Origin: Epiperipatus broadwayi
Taxonomy: Eukaryota; Animalia; Onychophora
Assembly: GCA_028023455.1 (NCBI GenBank)
Contig: JAQFVV010000006.1
Span: 11,780,001-11,844,000 of the forward strand
Direction of reading: 5' to 3'
Length of the DNA: 64,000 nucleotides
Below are positions 27,581-40,081 of the stretch, piece by piece. Numbering within the stretch: the stretch's first letter is position 1; every line of letters begins with the position of its first letter. Under the pieces are notes generated by a model. The model saw only the letters and a list, made by a program, of their open reading frames with translations, did no database searches and was not told the origin of the DNA. The translations under genes were made by a program, and so were the position numbers.

Positions 27581-27667
27581 ATGTATCCATCGATTCAAGC
27601 AAAAATTTGGGGTAATATTGGTCAAGTTGCGGATCTTCTGGATATGGTGCTATTTAGCTTTATTAAG
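27581..27667 (+). CDS. Nf1: Neurofibromin exon 10
   Basis: tattag/gtaatc. MYPSIQAKIWGNIGQVADLLDMVLFSFIK. Confidence 0.96.
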
Positions 27668-28076
27668 GTAATCATTTTCTGTATAGCGTAGCAAAAGTTC
27701 ATAATTTGATTTATGGTTTTTATTCATTTATACACGAAACATAATTTTCATTTTCATTACATATCTATTTCAATGTAAAAAAATTTCTAGCTGAAACATT
27801 GATGGCAAATTTATTTTTGATACTTACATAAATTGTGAATGTATTTAATGACTACCGTATGAACAATAGCAGTGTGACAGGCATACATTGAGGCTGAAAT
27901 ACAGATTTTTATGCACGAAATACGAATGATATTGTATTTGATCCAGGTTTTGTGTTACAACTTTTTACTCTTTTAGTAGTGTAGCACTAATATTAGAAAG
28001 TAAATCTATTTTAAATATATATATATTCATAATACAGCAGTCAGAATTTAGCAAACCAACAGAATATGCATAATTT

Positions 28077-28121
28077 GTTGCCAAGGCAACCTCTAGAGAT
28101 AAAAGATGTTGCCATGACAAC
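28077..28121. promoter_or_regulatory. Pair of RFX X-box-like palindromes
   Basis: GTTGCCAAGGCAAC (28077-28090) and GTTGCCATGACAAC (28108-28121) each differ by one base from GTTGCCATGGCAAC and are 17 nt apart. Function untested. Confidence 0.45.
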
Positions 28122-28993
28122 ATATATTGGTTCTGTAAGCTTTGGCTGTTGTGCTGCGAATTACATTTGGAAACCAGTTAGTCATTAACAATTTATAGTT
28201 TAATATATTTATAAGAAATTCTGACAGTTGAATTTATATATATGATAAATGAGGAACAATTTTTAGCACTCTAATACAGATTTAATCTTTAATATTGTTA
28301 ATTGTAATTTATATATTTAAACATTTTGAACTTTTAACAAAGAAAAATGGTAATGCTGTCTTTATTATGGGTATAATTTGCTGAGCATATTTTACATATT
28401 ATTGGCTGCAGAAAGCTATACAACATTTAAAAGTGCACGTTATGTAAATGCTATAAATAAAAAAAAAATTCTGCTTTCCCATGTCAAAGAAATGGAATAT
28501 GTAAATAAGGCATTTACATAACGCTCACTTTATCCAAATGTTGTATTGCTTCCTGCGGCAAAAGCGCTATGATTCTGATTGTCAACATCGAAAGCATGCT
28601 CAGAAAATTATAACAATAATAAAAACAGCATTACCTTTTCTTGGTTAAACTTTTAAAATATTTAAATGTATAAATTACAATATTGTTAATTGCAATCTGA
28701 TACTAAAAAATCTAATATCTTATACGGTATGTGCTTCTATACAATTTAATTTTTAGATATGCTAGAATTTTAAACAGTGATTCCCATCTGGGATCTGTGT
28801 AGTTCCAGCGATACTAACCTAAATATTTATGAACACACATAAAAAATTGAATAGTGACAGGAAAATGATATACATCAATAATTTACTGATTCAAATTATT
28901 GGCTTCACCTCTCAAAACCCGCCAATAAATCTAATAATTACCTTACTATCATCAAATATCAGATGATTGCTCTTCAGATTTGTATTATTAGAG

Positions 28994-30470
28994 GGTACTT
29001 TTCGATTTTATCCCATGCCACCACTTGAAGGCACTTATTTCCAATAGTCGGAGATAATTATACAGTTGCAAGGACTAATGTTTAATGAAAGTAAATAAAC
29101 CACATAGTTGTGACTTATGAATTTTTAAATTTATTGTATAAAAATATGACAAAATGATATGCTATGGCGAATCAGAATGCATTTCACAAATACATGATTA
29201 CTTGCTCGCTAAAATCAAAAGCTGCATCGATTGTCTTTTTATGCTCAAGATAATGAAAATTTGTGATCTACCGGCCACAGAACATGAGGCAGTGGAATTT
29301 TTCCAAAGAAACCGTATCTTGCCCTGTCATAAAGTCTGTCCCAATGACCATGATATGAAATTGTACTTTGCCCGAACCCTGGAATGGTGATATAATTTAA
29401 AAGTCTGCCAACGCCATATAACGCTACATAAAGACAAGTGGCTTGAAGGCTCTAAAATAACGTTTCTAACAGCCGTCCAATTTTTTTATTATTGGAGTAG
29501 AGGTACCATGACAATTGAATGTATAAAACATAAATTGGATTAGTGCAAATACACTATCGTTTCTTGGAACAGTTATCTAAGAGAAGTGTGCAAAGAATGT
29601 TTATTGATTCGGCCATCGTGCAAAATTGGAGGACCTGGAAAAATTGTAGAAATTGATGAAAGTATCTTTACAAAACAAAAGAACCAATAAGGGAGAATAC
29701 TCCCGCAACAATGGTTATTCGGTGGTTTATGCAGGGAAACCAAAGAATGTTTTATTGTCACTGTTCCTTATCGGACAGCATCCATTCTACTTGATGCTAT
29801 TCAACAAAATATAGCACAAGGATCAACAATTTATCCTGACTGTTGGAAAGCCTATAAAACTGATGAATTAAGAAATGCAGGATTTGAACATTTTAAAATT
29901 ATTTATAGTTATAATTTTGTTGATCCTTCTACTAGAGCGCATTTGGTAGCTAGTTAAATGGTGCAATAAAAGACAGAGAGGAACCGGTCACAAACACATG
30001 GATTTCTATTTAGCTGAGTTCACGTGGCGGCGATTGCACCAAGAACAGCATTTATTTATCACAATTTTAGAAGCCATTAACAAAGTGTAACTATTTTTTT
30101 TATTACTTTCATTTTTTTTTTTTACTTTAATTAATCATTAGAATACAAAATTGTTTTCATCTTTTTTACTTTCACTTTCATTAAATACTCCTGATTACGC
30201 TACATACTACCAATTTGTTAATAATTACATATTTTATTTTGTTTTTTTTTTATTCTTTGATTAAATACCAAATTATTGTTTATTTCAGTATATTAGTTAG
30301 TACTTACGTTTTTGTTTTTTTACTTTAATTAAACGTTAGAATACAAAATTGTTATTCGATGTTTTTTACTTCGACTGTTATTAAACATTAGTCCCTGCAA
30401 CTATATAATTATCTCCGATTATTGGAAATGTGCCCTCAAGTGGTGGCTTGGGGCGAAATCGGAAAGTACC
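28994..30470 (+). mobile_element. Merlin (IS1595/IS1016-related) DNA transposon, near full length, inactive
   Basis: About 90-bp TIRs starting GGTACTTT (28994-29085 and 30381-30470). Internal transposase pseudogene. Tandem repeats between the stop and the right TIR. No TSD visible. Confidence 0.9.
29241..30090 (+). pseudogene. Merlin DDE transposase pseudogene
   Basis: KIGGPGKIVEIDESIFTK, QWLFGGLCRETKECF, GSTIYPDCWKAY, SYNFVDPST and HMDFYLAEFTWRR are in order. At least three in-frame stops, plus a frameshifting deletion where the HTQxIE motif is expected. Confidence 0.9.
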
Positions 30471-32987
30471 TTTGTGGTACAAGGTTATTCAATTAAGTCA
30501 TTTTTATTTCTTTTATTACTACTTTCACTTCTGCTCTCTCTATAAACAAATGTATTTTTAAGTTAATAATGGTAATACTTATCTTTACTCTTTAAACAGT
30601 CAGCTAAAGAAATTAGTTTATTCGATACATATCAATGAGATAATTTGCAATTTTGCCTTTCATTCATTCTTTATAAGAGGTAAGGATAAGGGCATCATTG
30701 TTGAATTTAAATAAATTCAAAAGCTAATAAATTAAATAAACATTATGACAAATGGCAAGATTGGTTTTCTTTATTATTAAACCTTGAGAAAAGCCTCATT
30801 TTCCTTGCTGATATTTTGACAAATGATGAGAAGTCACTCCTTAGACAATGTGTTGCAAACTTCCCATCACAGTGTAAATACTAGGCAGCATGTCTCTTAC
30901 AGACTGAATTTTCACTCTTTTCTGCTTTGTGAGTATTTAAGTGCTTTCATGGAGATATTGATACGTAAAAATATATAGCAGACATCTCAGTTCTGTGAAC
31001 TATGTTCAATGAGTGAATTCTTTTGATCTTTTAAGTGTGACTTCTTTTGATATTTTAATATTTATATTAATTTTTCCACTTTTTTAAAAATTCTATTGTT
31101 GAGGTATTTACAATTACAAAGTATACATTTAAAATTACAGCATTTGTTAATTACAAACCTTTAGCTATTACGAAGGAATCGGTTTATGGAAATGGACTTA
31201 CAAAGTGTACATAAGTGAAATAATTGGTTGGGAACTGCTGAACAGAATCCAGAACCTTTATGTAAATAGATTCACGTAATATATTTTATTTTTAAAGTGT
31301 AAATATATTATTGCAGTTACATTTTTGGCCGTTTGTTCAAATTTATTCTATAATACTGAACACCACTATCTAATGAAGAGACAGTTCTAGTTGTCTCAAT
31401 TTATAAACAATGTACGATTAATTTGAATACAGCTGTAAAAGTGCCATTGTGATCATATCTTCACACTTTAAAAATAAAATATAGGACATTAATCTTTTTA
31501 TGTGTGAAGTTCTAACTGCTATTCTGGTTTGGTTGACAGACGTTTTGATTTTTAGCATACCTGAAAGAGTAAATTAGGTTGCAGTCGGATTAGCATTAAA
31601 GAGTGCTAAAATTCACTGCTCATATATTAAAAATAGTTTCAATGTATTTATTATTGTATGTGATGTGATGTGCTTCGCCAGTTGTTTTTGCACATGGTTT
31701 ATATACCCAAAGAACCTATTAGCCAAATTAAATATTCCTTCTGAAATTGTTTTATACTATATCTACTCTTTGCTTTTTATTATTCAAATTATTCTTTCTG
31801 TTTAGACTTTTTTTGTTTCTATTTTAATAAGAGCTATTTCCAATATTTGATTCTCATATTTTCTATTTTTGTTAAGAGCTGAACAAAAAAAAATTGTTTG
31901 TTTTACATTTAACTCACTTTCCATACAATTTGCTCTGTTGCTCTTTGATTACAGTATTTTCTTTGGCTTAGTGGTTGTGAATCCTGGACCCAGAAAAGAG
32001 TAAGAAAATTATTCATGTGTTTTATTAAAGGTTTGAACATACCTTGAGCATCAAAGAAAATATTCAAGCAGCTATTTAATAATATTAGACCTGTGTTTTT
32101 GCTTGAGGTAAAATTCTGTCTATTCTGTTTCAAAGGTGCTCTCTATTGTAAATTTGAATAGTAATACTACCTGGTCATGCTGATGAAGTCCATTTCCAGT
32201 GGCATCATACCCATATGGATTTAATCCGCATTACTATCTAATAGCTATTGATTGCTTAAGTTTACAATAGGTGGCAACACTGGAATCGAATATATAAAGC
32301 TTGCTTTGTCTTATTTTGATCACATTAAGTGATGAATTAATTATAAAAATGTACAGTGCTCCTAAAAGTCGATGTTTAAGAAAAAAAAGGATGACCAGCA
32401 GTGATTAATTGGGCTTCAGTGATCCAATAATGAATCAGCCTGTAAAATTAATGAGATGATAGGGCATTCTGAAAGAGGCAGTATCAACTTAATCGTGGTG
32501 ATCATTAATAAATAATAAAATTATCAAAATGAATATTCATTATTTTTGTCACATTGTCTCCTAGTGGCTAATTTTATGTTAACAAGGAGTTCAAATGAAA
32601 TATTAAGAATATAAATGGTTATAATTTTGTTTTTTTGAATAATAATCGAATGATTTATTTAGTTCAAGTACCTAATGTTACAATTAAAGGACAATCTTTA
32701 AAGTTATAGAGAGTTTTTCATTTCACCACTATACTATATCACATGGGGCAACAATAAATCAAAAGATTGATTGCTCAAGAGTTTATAAGAAGTGTGAGCA
32801 CTTGACAGACGCATCAGCTGAACCACAATCTACGAACCTTGAGCTCTCAGTCTATCATTCTGTCACTGCCACAGATCTCACAGGACAACCTTTTTTGGTT
32901 ATAAATAGACATTACATTTATAAATATCTGTTTTCAGCAAAGAAATGGTTTGGAAATTCATTAATTACTTTAATATTATCTATGTAG

Positions 32988-33107
32988 AGAAGCGTGACTG
33001 GTGGTCTGGGATCCATTCAAGCAGAAATCATGGCTGATACAGCCGTAGCTTTGGCTTCGTCAAATGTCCAGCTTGTGTCTAGAAAAGTTATTGGGAAACT
33101 TTGCAGG
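32988..33107 (+). CDS. Nf1: Neurofibromin exon 11
   Basis: atgtag/gtgagc. RSVTGGLGSIQAEIMADTAVALASSNVQLVSRKVIGKLCR. Confidence 0.97.
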
Positions 33108-35012
33108 GTGAGCTTCACTGTTTATATTATATTGTTTAAAGTTATTCTTGATTTTTTTTAAATCTAAATTTATATTTATTTAAACAGTAGTAAAGTGTTT
33201 AATAAAATTAACAAATTATAATAAGAAAAATGCATTGTTATTTTGTTTAGGGTTAGTTTGAATTTTATAATTAATGTTATTATTTTTTATATTTTTAACT
33301 TACTATAATTATGAATCTTTTTCCAACTAACAACTTATTAATGAAATAATAGCTCTATACATTAAAAGTAAATAGTGGGAAAAAAAAAGATTACTTCTAT
33401 TTTTATTTTTCGAAATAGTGATATTCATAGAATTTAATATCTGAATCTAAGAACAAAAGGTGAATACTTGGAAATTGTGCATATTGAATTTTCTACATTT
33501 TTAGAAAACGCTGATAATGATAAGATAGGATTCAGATTTTAAACAACAATCGTTTAGATTAGCACTCAGCAACTTTTAACAAGATTTTGTATATGTGTAC
33601 ATTTTTGGCAGAAATTAATCCTAAGATGATATCTATTATGGCATCATAAAAATAGTAGCGTGATGTATGTTTTGAGAATTTTTTTTATTTTCCAAATTTT
33701 CTACCATAGCTATAAAACAAATTAAATAATAAAAAATTTCATTGCATGAATTATTTATCTTAATTTTATTAGGATTTTAAAATATAAATTTTAATATATC
33801 GAAAAATAAATGCATCAAGTTAGGATTTAATAATTTTTTTCATTTAATTATTTTCACATAAATTTCTTAAATTTCACATTTATAATCTGATGAATCCAGG
33901 GGAGAAAAAAATCGAAATCTTAAAATAGGCATCCAATTATTATTTTTAAATATAGTTGAATACATTTCTAGAGAAATTTATAACCATTAAAATTTTATAT
34001 ACACCTTTACCCCACTTAGTGAAGGCAATTGGTCCTCCAAAACTCATCGTTAAGCAAGAATATCGTATATATAATACGTATTTATAAAGGAGGTCTATGG
34101 GAAAAAAATTGGTTGGTTCCAGTTGACAGAAAATATCCACATTTTCTTGATTTTTTTATGACAATGATGACTAAATACGGTATCTAAAAAGAAAAGTTTT
34201 ATATCACTAGGAAAAAAAATGCATATTTTCACTGTTTAAAAAGTACAGTACAGCAAAAAGAAAGAGAAAGTGAAACTAAATTTGAATTTAAGAGTTTTTA
34301 TATTCTTCCGCAGAAGTTTTTCTTTGTAATGGAAAAAAAAAAAATCCATACTGATGTGCATTTTTTTAAAATTTGTATTACAGTACATATTACTGTACAT
34401 TTATGTTCATTACTTATGTGAAATTATTCAAATTAAAAAACAATGTTTAATTATAAATTATTTAATTGAACATAAAGACTTATTACTATACAAGTAAATC
34501 GGTCAACTTTAGAAAAAATATTCAACTTATTTTAAAAGAAAAAAAAACCCCAATTGTACTAATTTTCTAAAAACATATGCTAAGTTTATTTTTCTTTTAT
34601 TTTATATTTGCATAAGTCGATTGTTGGAATCTTAATAAATACTGTCCAGTATTTTTAGTAATCTAATAGTGCCCCCCCCCCTTCGTAAAGAAAGAAATTC
34701 ATTAACATTTATTTTAAATACAATACAATCTGTTTTTCTTTTTAAACTTTTCTAATTTGACATTTGCGTTTTAAAATGTTGTTTTTCTTTTGATTTGAAA
34801 CAAATTGAGTGTAAACAACATGTTTATTAATGAAGTTACAAAATCAATAACTATTTTTACATAATTATCCAGGTGTTCTAAAAATAATATCGTAATTAAG
34901 AAACGCACCCACGCAGTTTAGTATTCATATTTAGTGTTTTCCTGAAAGTTTGTGATGATGGTATTTTAGTTGTCCTGTACTGTATTTATATATTGGAGTA
35001 TTTCATCATCTA

Positions 35013-35123
35013 ATATAAGTGTTGAATGTCTTTAGAAAAATTAAACTTTATTTAAATAATCCAAGTACTGTACATTATATTTAAATAAAGTTTAATTTTT
35101 CTAAAGACATTCAACACTTATAT
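35013..35123. repeat. Perfect 46-bp inverted repeat with 19-nt loop
   Basis: ATATAAGTGTTGAATGTCTTTAGAAAAATTAAACTTTATTTAAATA (35013-35058) is the exact reverse complement of 35078-35123. Confidence 0.93.
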
Positions 35124-35128
35124 GTATA

Positions 35129-35471
35129 CAGTATTATCAACAAATTAAAAATCCTTTTTTTTTCTTTTCAAAAACTTTATTTTCTTTTCTCAATACTGAA
35201 CATATATATATATACTGTATATACAGTATTTATACAATACAAAACTCCAACCTTTCAACTATTTATCTTCATACAGTCATTTTCAAGGATATCTCTTTCC
35301 CACTGCTATATTTTATTACTCTTTCTTTTACATTATTTAATTACAAATCAACGTTGAAACGTTGGAGTTTTGTATTATATAAATATATATACCGTATATG
35401 TTCAGTATTGAGATAAGAAAATAAAGTTTTTGAAAAGAAAAAGAAGGATTTTTAATTTGTTGATATTATTG
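35129..35471. mobile_element. Tc1/mariner-like MITE with long TIRs
   Basis: Arms 35129-35259 and 35353-35471 are imperfect reverse complements. The element begins CAGT and is flanked by TA on both sides. Confidence 0.7.
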
Positions 35472-35889
35472 TAGAACATATATATTTTAAAAGAGAAAGG
35501 GATGAACATTTGCTGTGTTATTATATATGATGTATACAGTATTATAGATTCAGTAATTATAGATATTTTAAGTTTATACAATTGTATATTCAAAATACTG
35601 AATGCAGCCCTAACATTGTGTTTTATGAATAAAATATTGTATGTGTATACAACTACAGCAAAGTCATTACCTGTATACATATTACAATAAGATACTTTTG
35701 CTTTTGGGTAAATTGAATTTAATATACATATTCTCTGACGTCATCAGTGATACAAAATTTAAGATGGCTGCCAACATTTTTTATTTTTTCCCGATCGTTA
35801 TAGTGAAAAATCGTTTGTAAATCGAAGTAGTGGGTACAAATTGATGGTGATCGCTATTGTGAAATATCGCTAAATAGTCGATTGCTAAG

Positions 35890-36050
35890 CGGGGTATAGG
35901 TGTATTTCTTAGAATGGTGATTAGTGCATCCACCTGCCATGCCCTACAACCTGGGTGCGAATGCAGCCTAAGTGAATTTTGGAAATTATTTTAGTCATAA
36001 GTTAACTTAGGATTTTTTTACCCCCGGTTGTTGTCCCATAGCTGATGCAC
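35890..36050 (+). mobile_element. Degenerate tRNA-derived SINE-like sequence
   Basis: A-box-like TGGTGATTAGTG followed about 30 nt later by B-box-like GGGTGCGAATGC. No cloverleaf. Confidence 0.35.
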
Positions 36051-36149
36051 TCATATATTGTTTTATACACAGTGATAGCCATTGCAAAAAAAAAAAAAGA
36101 ACAAAATCTTCATTGATTATAATTTTAGCATTTAATTATTAAGTTTTAT

Positions 36150-36780
36150 ATCATAGTGTGAAAATACAGGTTTCTTATTTGTATGTATAAAAGAACAAGT
36201 TTGATTATTAGAAATGATAGAGAGATGTTGTGATGTGAGATAAGTATCATTTGTGGATGTTTCTTATTATAAAGGAAAGAGGGAAAGAAAGATTGAATCC
36301 AAGTAATAAAGAGAAAACAGAATGAAGTGTCAAAAAAAAAAAAAAAGAGGCATATAATAGTTAATTTTAATCTGTTTTGTCATGGGATTGTAGTATTAGG
36401 TTGATTGATAAATTGTAATCAACATCCAAATTAAGTTTACAAATTTATGGAAAGATAGAATACTTTTGAGGTGATGATTTGAAGACTTGAAAAAATAAAT
36501 TGGAAGGATAGGGCTTGCAAATTTGAAGAGAGTAGAAGAAAAGGGATTGCTTATTGAGGAAATCATGGAAGTTGAGGAAAAGTTGGATTGAGTGTATTCT
36601 TAGAGTCAGAGTAATCACGAAGAATAGTTTGGATCTGCAGAAGGGTAACAGTAAAAGAAGTCGAAGAAAAAATTGACCTAAGAAAAAAAGAAATGATTAT
36701 AAATAACTAAAGGTTAGAACATCAGATTAAATATGTTAGAAGGGGATATGATATGCAGGACTTGCCTTTTTTTTGGCATA
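36150..36780 (+). mobile_element. Decayed RTE-like LINE 3' fragment
   Basis: Purine-rich plus strand with W(I)ECIL... and KRSR.. remnants resembling the 3' end of the RTE copy at 38962-39693. Confidence 0.35.
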
Positions 36781-37379
36781 TAAATAATAACGATGATAAT
36801 GGGGTGAATGTTTAAAAATTGCATTGCAGCTCAGAAAGAAAAATCACATGAATGAGATAAAAAAAAAATATATATATATATGTAATTTCATAGGAAAAGT
36901 TTAATGGTTTATTAGATTTTTCCTAGGTCCCAAATTTAATTTGTAAGGCACAAATATGTATTGTAAGAAGATACAAACATCTGCATGAAATATTGAAATC
37001 ATAAAATATTCATAATTTATTATTTTTTTACTAAATTTTATTGTTATAGAGGAAAATATAAACATTTTTATCTTTGTGTAAATTTATTATAAATAAGTGT
37101 CAGATATAAGATCTTTGATAAGAAAAATGTAGATAATTTTTTTCACGTAATCAATTTCTCATTATGTAACCTAAAATAGAAATATCAGTAAATATTTATC
37201 TAAATAGTTTTATAATAACGTGAAAGGCTGAAACCATTTGTCAGATGCACCTTAAATAGTTTTAAAAAATTTGAACTATTTAAAGCAAAAAAAAAAAAAG
37301 TCTATAAATACTTAAAAAAAACCAAAAGAAAATAAACAAACAAAAGTTGAATATGTATAATTGAAAGTAATTTAACAGT

Positions 37380-37960
37380 ATGCGATGTGATGCACTATGG
37401 ATTCTCCCGTATCGGAGTCAGAAATCTCAGCCACTATACCCAGAGAAACCTATTAGCCACCTCCCTTTCCATTCCCCACCTTAAGATTTTCTCATATTCT
37501 TCTCTATCCTGCTTCATTCCATTTCCACAACATTATTTTGGTCCACTTTATGGCCTTTATATCCATATCCCCCATTATCTTTTTTTTTTTTTTCAAACCC
37601 AACATAAAAATATAGAACCCACTTTCAGTATAATCACTTTGTTTATATTTATTCGCCCCAACTTCATTATTTGTACCGTTTCTGCTTGTAAGCATTTACA
37701 TTCAGTTAACAAATGCCTAATATTCTCCATGCCTTCCTTACATAACTTGAGACTAAATCCCTCACATTACTCCATTTATGTGTATATTCCCTTGTTGCTA
37801 ATGATCCTGTTCGAGCCTTAAACAGTAAACTACTTTCCTTGCTTTTATTGTAAATTAACTCGTACCCAATATTCTGTTCTATATATATTTAAACTCATTT
37901 TATTCTATACTAGTTCTCCTTCTCCCCAATTCCCTATTTCTTTTATTAATGTATGTATTT
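37380..37960 (-). mobile_element. Non-LTR retrotransposon 3' fragment with C-terminal CCHC zinc knuckle
   Basis: The minus strand reads SSLLFKARTGSLATREYTHKW, then after a frameshift KLCKEGMENIRHLLTECKCL. Confidence 0.65.
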
Positions 37961-37967
37961 TTCTATA

Positions 37968-38810
37968 GCAAACTCCATACAGTAGTGCCATTAAGTACAA
38001 GTCTTTATAATCAGTAGAAGCAGAAGGGTTTGTGCATAAAGTCCCTATCTATTGCGTACTTGTCCAATATCTCCATACTAGTTTCTAGCTTGTAGCTTTC
38101 ATCAGTGAGGAGACTTGGATTTTAGAGCACCGCTCTTAGATCTTCTTAAGATCTAATGCAATTGCAGAAGCCACCTTTTATCTATTTGGTTAACTATAAA
38201 GCTAGGAGCCCAAGATGAAAATACAAAAATGTTTTCAGCCCAAGATCATTTACTTGTATAGTCATATAGATCTGAACTCAGTTCAGCATTTATATATTTT
38301 GGTGTCTTTGGTTTTTCAAAAACCACAGTCATCATAACCTTATGGGCAGGATAGGTGTAACACCATCAAAACATTACATAATTACTATTTTATATGCTTG
38401 CACAGGCTGTTAACAACAGTAGCAAACTCTCCATACAGTAGTGCCACCAAGTGCAAGCCTTTGTAATCAGTGGATGCAGGAAAGTTTTTGCATATAATCC
38501 CTATTGTTGAAAACATTATTGTGTTTTTATTTTGGGCTCCTAGATTTATAGTTAACCAAATAGATAAAAGGTGGATGCTGGAGGCTTGCATTAGATCCTA
38601 AGATCTAAGTGCAGTGCTCTCAGATCCAAAGCTCCTTACTGATGAAAGCCAAAAGTTAGAAACTAGTGTGGGGATATTGGGGGAGTAGACACTAGATAGG
38701 GATTTTATGCACAAACCTTCCTGCATCCATTGATTAGGAAGGCTTTCACTTGGTGGCACTACTATATGGAGAGTTAGCTACTGTTATTAACAGCCTGTGT
38801 AAGCATATGA
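37968..38810. repeat. Repeat family A cluster: nested inverted repeats with two hammerhead-like cores
   Basis: About 37968-38237 is an inverted copy of about 38498-38780. About 38390-38505 is an inverted copy of about 38696-38810. Cores at 38069-38112 (minus) and 38632-38675 (plus). Confidence 0.85.
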
Positions 38811-38961
38811 AATGGTGATGTTTGTTAATTTACATGGACATTAGCAAGAATAATAAATTCTTTGTAATTGAAAATACCTCTGAGTAGGTTACTAAAATAG
38901 CAATAATTATTCAGAAAATATTTTTACATTATCATTTTTTAGACATAGCATAAGAGTTGCA

Positions 38962-39693
38962 GATGATATAACAGGCTGAATATTTGAATAAATTGGAAGA
39001 AGGATGTATGGAATTTGGAATGAAGATTAATATTGAGAAGTCTAATTGTTTATGGATAGGGAAGAAATCAGAAATACTGCACATTGAAATTCATGATAAC
39101 ATAATTCAACAGATAGAGGGATTTAGATATTTGGGTAGTTGAATTGAGTGAGGATGAAAGAAGTAAAGATGAAGTTAAAAGAATAGCATTGCCAAAGGAG
39201 ACCTTTATTAAGAAAAAGAAAATATTTTGTGGACCTTTGAAGAAACGAATTAAAGAAAAGTTTAATTAAATGCTATGTGTGGAATGTACTATTGTGTGGT
39301 TGTGAAACATGGACAATAAGTAAGAAAATTAGCAACAGATTGGAAGTCTTTAAGATATGGTCATGGAGAAGAAAGGGAAAGATCAGTTGGGATGAATAAA
39401 ATAACAAATGAAGTTTTGAAAAGATTTGATGAAGATTGATTGAGGAAATTAGAAATAGGTAGGGAAATTGGTTTGGACACATATTAAGAAGAAAATAAAA
39501 TGTTTTGGAGGGAATGGTGAGTGGAAGCAAGAAGAAAAAAAGGAAAAGATTAAAGTTGTTGGATGATATAAGAGATGGGATGAATTGCATGGAATTGAAG
39601 AGCTGGTTAATAAAAATAATGGAATGGAAAAAGGAATGAATTGATAACGTGACTACTCTCTGAACCTGTCTGTGGGACAGAATACTATTGATG
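38962..39693 (+). mobile_element. 5'-truncated RTE-clade LINE with 12-bp TSD
   Basis: TSD ATAAGAGTTGCA at 38950-38961 and 39694-39705. GMKINIEKS, FRYLGS and VLLCGCETWT..LEVFKIWSWRR motifs. Short TGATG tail. Confidence 0.85.
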
Positions 39694-39963
39694 ATAAGAG
39701 TTGCAACATTTATATCTGTTGCTTTTATGAGATGCTATTAAAATCAGTTATAGTTTAAAAATATAACATTTTTAATTCTTTTTTAAAAAAAAAAAAATTT
39801 GCATCAAAATATTTACAAAAAAAACCCAACAAAGTATAAAAATAAAATAGAAACTATCATAAAAACCAAAGATTCATTTGAAATTTGTTCTTGATATGTT
39901 TTCTTACAGCTGCACACAGGTTAAAATGGCTGCGATTTTTATATTCTGTATATTATTTTTCAG

Positions 39964-40081
39964 CTCATAGATAAAACTTGTATATCTCCTACTTCTAATC
40001 TTGAGCAGCATTTAATGTGGGATGATATTGCTATCTTGGCAAGATATTTGCTCATGCTGTCTTTTAACAATTCTCTTGATG
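39964..40081 (+). CDS. Nf1: Neurofibromin exon 12
   Basis: tttcag/gtatgt. LIDKTCISPTSNLEQHLMWDDIAILARYLLMLSFNNSLD plus 1 nt. Confidence 0.97.

Noticed and set aside
31900-32500. Coding-like minus-strand stretch (CGLNPYGYDATG...) as a pogo-type transposase
   Set aside because: No QPLD or DDE motif and no TIRs could be recovered; too degenerate to call.
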